DNA of 64,000 nucleotides, from NCBI GenBank assembly GCA_041660005.1, contig JBAZXG010000002.1, positions 122,037-186,036 on the forward strand. Direction: 5' to 3'. Below the pieces are notes generated by a model. That model had not been told where the DNA came from, did not search any database, and saw only the letters and a program-made list of their open reading frames with translations. The position numbers and the translations under genes are program-made. Below are positions 60,020 to 64,000 of the stretch, piece by piece (the first letter of the stretch is position 1; each line of letters starts with the position of its first letter). The stretch is from Patescibacteria group bacterium (GTDB taxonomy: Bacteria; Patescibacteriota; Patescibacteriia; GWA2-46-9).

Positions 60020-60356
60020 GGAAAAAGGGTGCCCTGAGGACTCGGCTGTGGGCTTGCTTCGTGCAGCAGGCTGCTGACCATGAACTTGTCGCTTCGCTCC
60101 GCAAACAGCATGGTCATTAAATGCAGCCTGTTTCCCTTGCAAGCTCTGACGCCGATCCTATGGGATGAGCACTTTGCTAAACCCCATTGCCGACCGCGGA
60201 AAGCGAACGGACGAAGTGTGGGTGGTTAAGCGACGGTGTTGTTTGAAGCGGAGCAAGTTCATCGTCGCCATCCACACTGAGGAACGTTCGCCGACGAGAG
60301 TGTCGGCACAGGGCGGGCTTTCTTTCGTCTATTTCTTTGCCCGCACAAAGAAATAG
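60020..60356. repeat. R1 composite structured element, copy D (left half like copy C; right half is the reverse complement of the copy-B module)
   Basis: cctgaggactcggctgtgggcttgcttc; gaccatgaacttgtc...caaacagcatggtca; gacgccgatcctatggg; inverted B-like segment; terminal hairpin ctatttctttg-cccgca-caaagaaatag. Confidence 0.8.
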
Positions 60357-60418
60357 ACAACTTAATTTGTATTTGCGATTTCGCAAAAAATGTGCTAAAA
60401 TAAAAAAACTATCATTCT

Positions 60419-61921
60419 ATGCAACCAAAGAGAAACGAGGACTCATCACAAGCGGTGCGCCTTTTTCAGACCAAGAAGAGTGAATACTGGGTCCGCTCGG
60501 GCCAAGCAAATGCTATCTCACTTTTTAAAAAAGCGGCTCGGCTCGTTCCTGCCTATCGTCATTTTTTAAAAAAACATCGGGTGAACCCTTCCAAGATTCG
60601 CACCTGGAACGATTTTCAACACCTGCCGACCATTGATAGGAAGAACTACCTTACGCAGTATCCGCTGGAAAATTTAGTTTGGCCGACAGCGTTTGATTCA
60701 GGAACCGTGTTATCGGCTACTTCAGGTTCTTCGGGTGCGCCATTCTATTTTCCACGCAGCGCAGCTGTTGACGCACATTCTTCTGCCTATCATCGATGGT
60801 TTCTGTCACACCGATCAGCGGGCAAACGTGATCGCACACTCGTCATCGACTGCTTTGGTATGGGTGTATGGATCGGCGGCATAATTACCTATCAAGCATT
60901 TCGGAATATCGCCGACGAGGGTTATCCGCTTACCATTATTACCCCTGGCGTCAACAAGAAGCAGATTTTTGAATCGCTGGTGAATGTCGCTCCAAAGTTT
61001 TCAACGGTTGTTCTTTGCGGTTATCCGCCGTTTCTGAAAGATGTCATTGACCAGGCGGCAGACAATGGCGTGCGTTGGTCGACACTCAATCTCAAGTTTC
61101 TTTTTGCGGCTGAACCGTTCTCGGAAAAGTTTCGACAGTACGTCGTGGAGAAAACGAATGTGCACAATCACTACACCGACACCACCAACGTTTACGGCAG
61201 CGCCGACCTTGGCACCATGGCGCTCGAAACGCCGCTTACTATTTTGATGCGTGAAATTGCACTCGGGGACAAGAATATCTATCAGCGCTTTTTTCAAAAA
61301 GTTGACCGCTTGCCGACGTTGGCTCAGTTCAACCCACAGGCGGTTCAGTTTGAAGCGCCGGAGGGGAACGTCCTCTGCACGGGCAATAGCAGCTTGCCGC
61401 TCATTCGTTATGCCATTGGTGACAACGGTGCGGTGGCCAGTTTTGACGAAGCAGCTGATGTGTTTACGCATGACAAAATTAATTTGCGCCAAGCGGCGCG
61501 TCGTGCCGATATTAGCAAAACGCTTGCTGAGCTACCTTTTGTGTACATTTACGAACGCTCAGACCTTTCGACGAAGCTCTACGGCGCAACCATTTACCCC
61601 GAACATTTGAAAGATGCGTTACGTGAATCGCCACTGGATCGCTCACTCACCGGCAATTTTACTTTGCGGACAAAATATGACCGACACGAAAACGAATACC
61701 TCGAGGTTAACATCGAGCTCCGCCCGAAGATTAAAGCCAGCCGTACATTGAAAGGGCTCCTTGTAGAAAAAATTACGGCTGCGTTTATGGAGAAAAATGC
61801 GGAGTACAGGAATAACATGCATGTCATGCCCGAACGCATGCGACCGCATTTGGTGTTTTGGCAGCATGAGCACCCGCTCCATTTCAGCCGCGGGGCAAAA
61901 CATAAGTGGGCAAAGCACTAA
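60419..61921 (+). CDS. adenylate-forming enzyme, phenylacetate-CoA ligase / coenzyme F390 synthetase (PaaK/CapK) family
   Basis: ATSGSSGAPFYFP (P-loop equivalent), YGSADLG, LPLIRYAIGD hinge motif. Confidence 0.7.
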   Translation: MQPKRNEDSSQAVRLFQTKKSEYWVRSGQANAISLFKKAARLVPAYRHFLKKHRVNPSKIRTWNDFQHLPTIDRKNYLTQYPLENLVWPTAFDSGTVLSATSGSSGAPFYFPRSAAVDAHSSAYHRWFLSHRSAGKRDRTLVIDCFGMGVWIGGIITYQAFRNIADEGYPLTIITPGVNKKQIFESLVNVAPKFSTVVLCGYPPFLKDVIDQAADNGVRWSTLNLKFLFAAEPFSEKFRQYVVEKTNVHNHYTDTTNVYGSADLGTMALETPLTILMREIALGDKNIYQRFFQKVDRLPTLAQFNPQAVQFEAPEGNVLCTGNSSLPLIRYAIGDNGAVASFDEAADVFTHDKINLRQAARRADISKTLAELPFVYIYERSDLSTKLYGATIYPEHLKDALRESPLDRSLTGNFTLRTKYDRHENEYLEVNIELRPKIKASRTLKGLLVEKITAAFMEKNAEYRNNMHVMPERMRPHLVFWQHEHPLHFSRGAKHKWAKH

Positions 61922-63135
61922 TTTATTCCATTGTAACCATGACGCAAGAACTAAGTTCGGTATTGAGCACGTTAGCGGGTGAGCGGTCACCATCAAAGCC
62001 CCAACTTTTTAATTTGGCTGAAGAAAATGACCGAGCCCAGGTTTCAGCGCTTCTTCAAGGCAACAAAATTCAGCAGGTGGTTGATGATTATCGTGAACAG
62101 CTTGTCGAACTCTACCAAATAGAGCATCCGGCAAACGTCTACGCGCCGACATTCGTCGCCGAGCTTGAAGCACACCTCGCAGCGCTGGAAAAAGAAGCGC
62201 CATTATGGTCTCGCGGTCGTTGGGCGTTTTTTCCATGGATTGGGACTATCGTGCACGTGCTTGAGGAAGCGCCGTTTCAAACTGTTCGTACTGCTCGCAA
62301 TCGAAATTTAATTACCGAAGCGGAACAGAAAAAGTTTTATAACACCGTTGTGGGTATCGCCGGGCTAAGCGTGGGGAATAGTGTGGCGCTTGCTATTGTG
62401 CTCCAGGGTGGAGCCAGGCATATTCGCCTAGCTGATCATGACGCCTTGGCGCTTTCCAACACGAACCGCGTGCGAGCTGGAGTAGCGGATCTTGGTTTGC
62501 CGAAAGTGGAAATGACCGCGCGGCAAATTTATCTCTTGAATCCTTACGCAACCGTCGAGCTGTTTCCCGACGGGATTACCAAAGACAACATTGCAGCATT
62601 TTTTGAAGGACCGCCGAAGCTCGATGTCGTCATCGACGAGGTTGATAATTTGGCGGTTAAATATCTTATTCGCGAGCAGGCAAAAAAACACCGATTGCCA
62701 ATTGTCATGGCGGCTGACAACGGCGACAACGCCGTGGTGGATATTGAGCGCTATGACCAAAATCCTGATCTGGCGTTTTTTCAGGGACGGCTCGGGGATG
62801 TTACCTATGAGGAGTTGCTGTCGCTTGATAAATTTGGTATCGGCAAAATGATTACCAAACATGTCGGGCCAGAAAATGTTACCGAGCGCATGCAGCAGTC
62901 TTTGCTGGAGATGGGTAAGACCATTGTCTCTTGGCCGCAGTTGGGCGGCGCGGCGCTTTTGAATGGTGCAGCCGTTGCCTATGCCGTGCGCAAAATTATC
63001 ATTGACGAGCCACTTGAGGACAACCGGGCGCTCATATCTTTGGACGAGAAATTAATACCGACGTACAATAGTGAAGCCGAGCAGGCGAAGCGTGCATCTG
63101 TTGCGGCAACGTTCCGAAAAATTTTTGGCCTTTAG
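61906..63135 (+). CDS. ThiF/MoeB (E1-like) family protein with N-terminal extension
   Basis: VGIAGLSVGNSVALAIVLQGGARHIRLADHDALALSNTNR nucleotide-binding motif; start may be at 61939. Confidence 0.7.
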   Translation: MGKALIYSIVTMTQELSSVLSTLAGERSPSKPQLFNLAEENDRAQVSALLQGNKIQQVVDDYREQLVELYQIEHPANVYAPTFVAELEAHLAALEKEAPLWSRGRWAFFPWIGTIVHVLEEAPFQTVRTARNRNLITEAEQKKFYNTVVGIAGLSVGNSVALAIVLQGGARHIRLADHDALALSNTNRVRAGVADLGLPKVEMTARQIYLLNPYATVELFPDGITKDNIAAFFEGPPKLDVVIDEVDNLAVKYLIREQAKKHRLPIVMAADNGDNAVVDIERYDQNPDLAFFQGRLGDVTYEELLSLDKFGIGKMITKHVGPENVTERMQQSLLEMGKTIVSWPQLGGAALLNGAAVAYAVRKIIIDEPLEDNRALISLDEKLIPTYNSEAEQAKRASVAATFRKIFGL

Positions 63136-63163
63136 TTAAACTACCCACTTACCGTTTGTCGCT

Positions 63164-64000
63164 ATGGTTCTTGAAGGGAAGATGCGCCAACTCATTACTG
63201 CCGCCACCTTGGCGCCGTCGGGCGAGAATTGTCAGCCCTGGCGTTTTGTGATTAACGGCAATGAATTGCAGCTTTTTAACGTGCCCGAACGAGATGATTC
63301 GCTCTATAACTTTCGTCAGCGCGGGTCATTGGTTGCCCATGGGGCATTACTTGAAAATTTTACAATTGCAGCGAAAGCGCTTGGTTTTAACGCAGACATT
63401 CGGCTTTTCCCTGATGCGCAAAATGAGAATTTAGTTGCCGCCATTCATCTCGAGAACGCTGAACCTGTGGCTGATCCACTCTATGCGGCGATAACCGCGC
63501 GGAGCACGAATCGCAAACCATACGCGAACGAGTCGCTTACTACTAGTGAACGAGAGTCTATTAATGCCGCTGGGGTTTCTACGAGCTGTCGGTTCGTCTT
63601 AATTGAACAGAAAGAATCCATTAGCACGTGGGCCACGGCAGCGAGCGCTAACGAGCGCGTTATGTTTGAGCATCACGGCCTCCATGATTTTTTCTTTTCG
63701 CATCTTAATTGGACAGACGCAGAGGAACAGGAACGACGGCACGGGTTTTACATAAAAACGCTTGAACTCCAACCACCGCAAGTCATCGGCATGAAAATTG
63801 CTAAGCACTGGGCTGTGGCTTCAGTTTTGAACCGCTTGGGTCTTTCTAAACAGGTTGCTGCGGACAATATAAAGTCCAACTCCGCTGCTGCGGCAATTGG
63901 TGGCGTGGTGATTCACGGTGAGCGACCGCAAGATTTTGTTGAGGCCGGTCGCATTGTTGAGCGTGTCTGGCTGACCGTTACGAATTTAGGATTGAGTCTG
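63164..64000 (+). CDS. nitroreductase-family (FMN-dependent) two-domain protein, 3'-truncated by window edge
   Basis: Hand-translated MVLEGKMRQLITAATLAPSGENCQPWRF (nitroreductase SxxNxQPW motif); frame open to end of window. Confidence 0.65.
   Translation, partial: MVLEGKMRQLITAATLAPSGENCQPWRFVINGNELQLFNVPERDDSLYNFRQRGSLVAHGALLENFTIAAKALGFNADIRLFPDAQNENLVAAIHLENAEPVADPLYAAITARSTNRKPYANESLTTSERESINAAGVSTSCRFVLIEQKESISTWATAASANERVMFEHHGLHDFFFSHLNWTDAEEQERRHGFYIKTLELQPPQVIGMKIAKHWAVASVLNRLGLSKQVAADNIKSNSAAAAIGGVVIHGERPQDFVEAGRIVERVWLTVTNLGLSL

Noticed and set aside
1-64000. CRISPR arrays, Cas genes, reverse transcriptases, transposases
   Set aside because: No regularly spaced short direct repeats with unique spacers and no such protein motifs were seen. 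The repeat families present are irregular and structured, not CRISPR-like.

Overview
This window looks like chromosome from a small-genome, moderate-GC bacterium. Gene content and organisation resemble Patescibacteria/CPR, possibly a Saccharibacteria-like episymbiont; this is inference, since no rRNA is present. Standard genetic code: ftsK, pnp and topA ORFs of 735-770 aa run uninterrupted. The backbone is ordinary housekeeping: ddl, mgtE, an ABC exporter, guaA-add-guaB purine salvage, rpsO-NYN-pnp, lspA, comM/yifB, ftsK, recA, the rpsF-ssb-rpsR operon, efp, ychF, recQ, folD, glyA, pgm, murI-murD, gdhA, trpS, a small RSH, topA, dprA, ilvE, two tRNAs and a Xer-type recombinase. Three things stand out. 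(1) At least five short blocks of clearly higher G+C (about 6.35-9.29 kb, 18.1-19.4 kb, 35.0-36.0 kb, 48.1-49.7 kb, 57.7-58.8 kb) carry genes atypical for a reduced genome. These include a purN-like gene with an in-frame TGA plus an intact purD, a frameshifted dapA, a 270-aa orphan, a cluster of small strong-RBS membrane peptides including an Flp-type pilin, and a His-rich secreted protein. One block is bracketed by a 26-bp direct duplication of the 3' end of the flanking permease gene, so it is an insertion. (2) Three families of interspersed structured repeats sit at or near the edges of those blocks: a modular 350-450 bp element in four copies (9.3, 30.5, 48.9, 60.0 kb) with covarying stems and inverted sub-modules; a roughly 100-bp element in three copies; and a 36-bp perfect palindrome in two copies. 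Read together, this looks like an uncharacterised repeat and cassette system mediating uptake or shuffling of foreign (possibly host-derived) DNA, or a new family of structured ncRNAs. (3) At the right edge (60.4-64.0 kb) a candidate biosynthetic trio (PaaK/F390-synthetase-like adenylating ligase, a ThiF/E1-like protein and a two-domain nitroreductase) runs off the window. All functional calls rest on motif recognition by eye; no database search was run.
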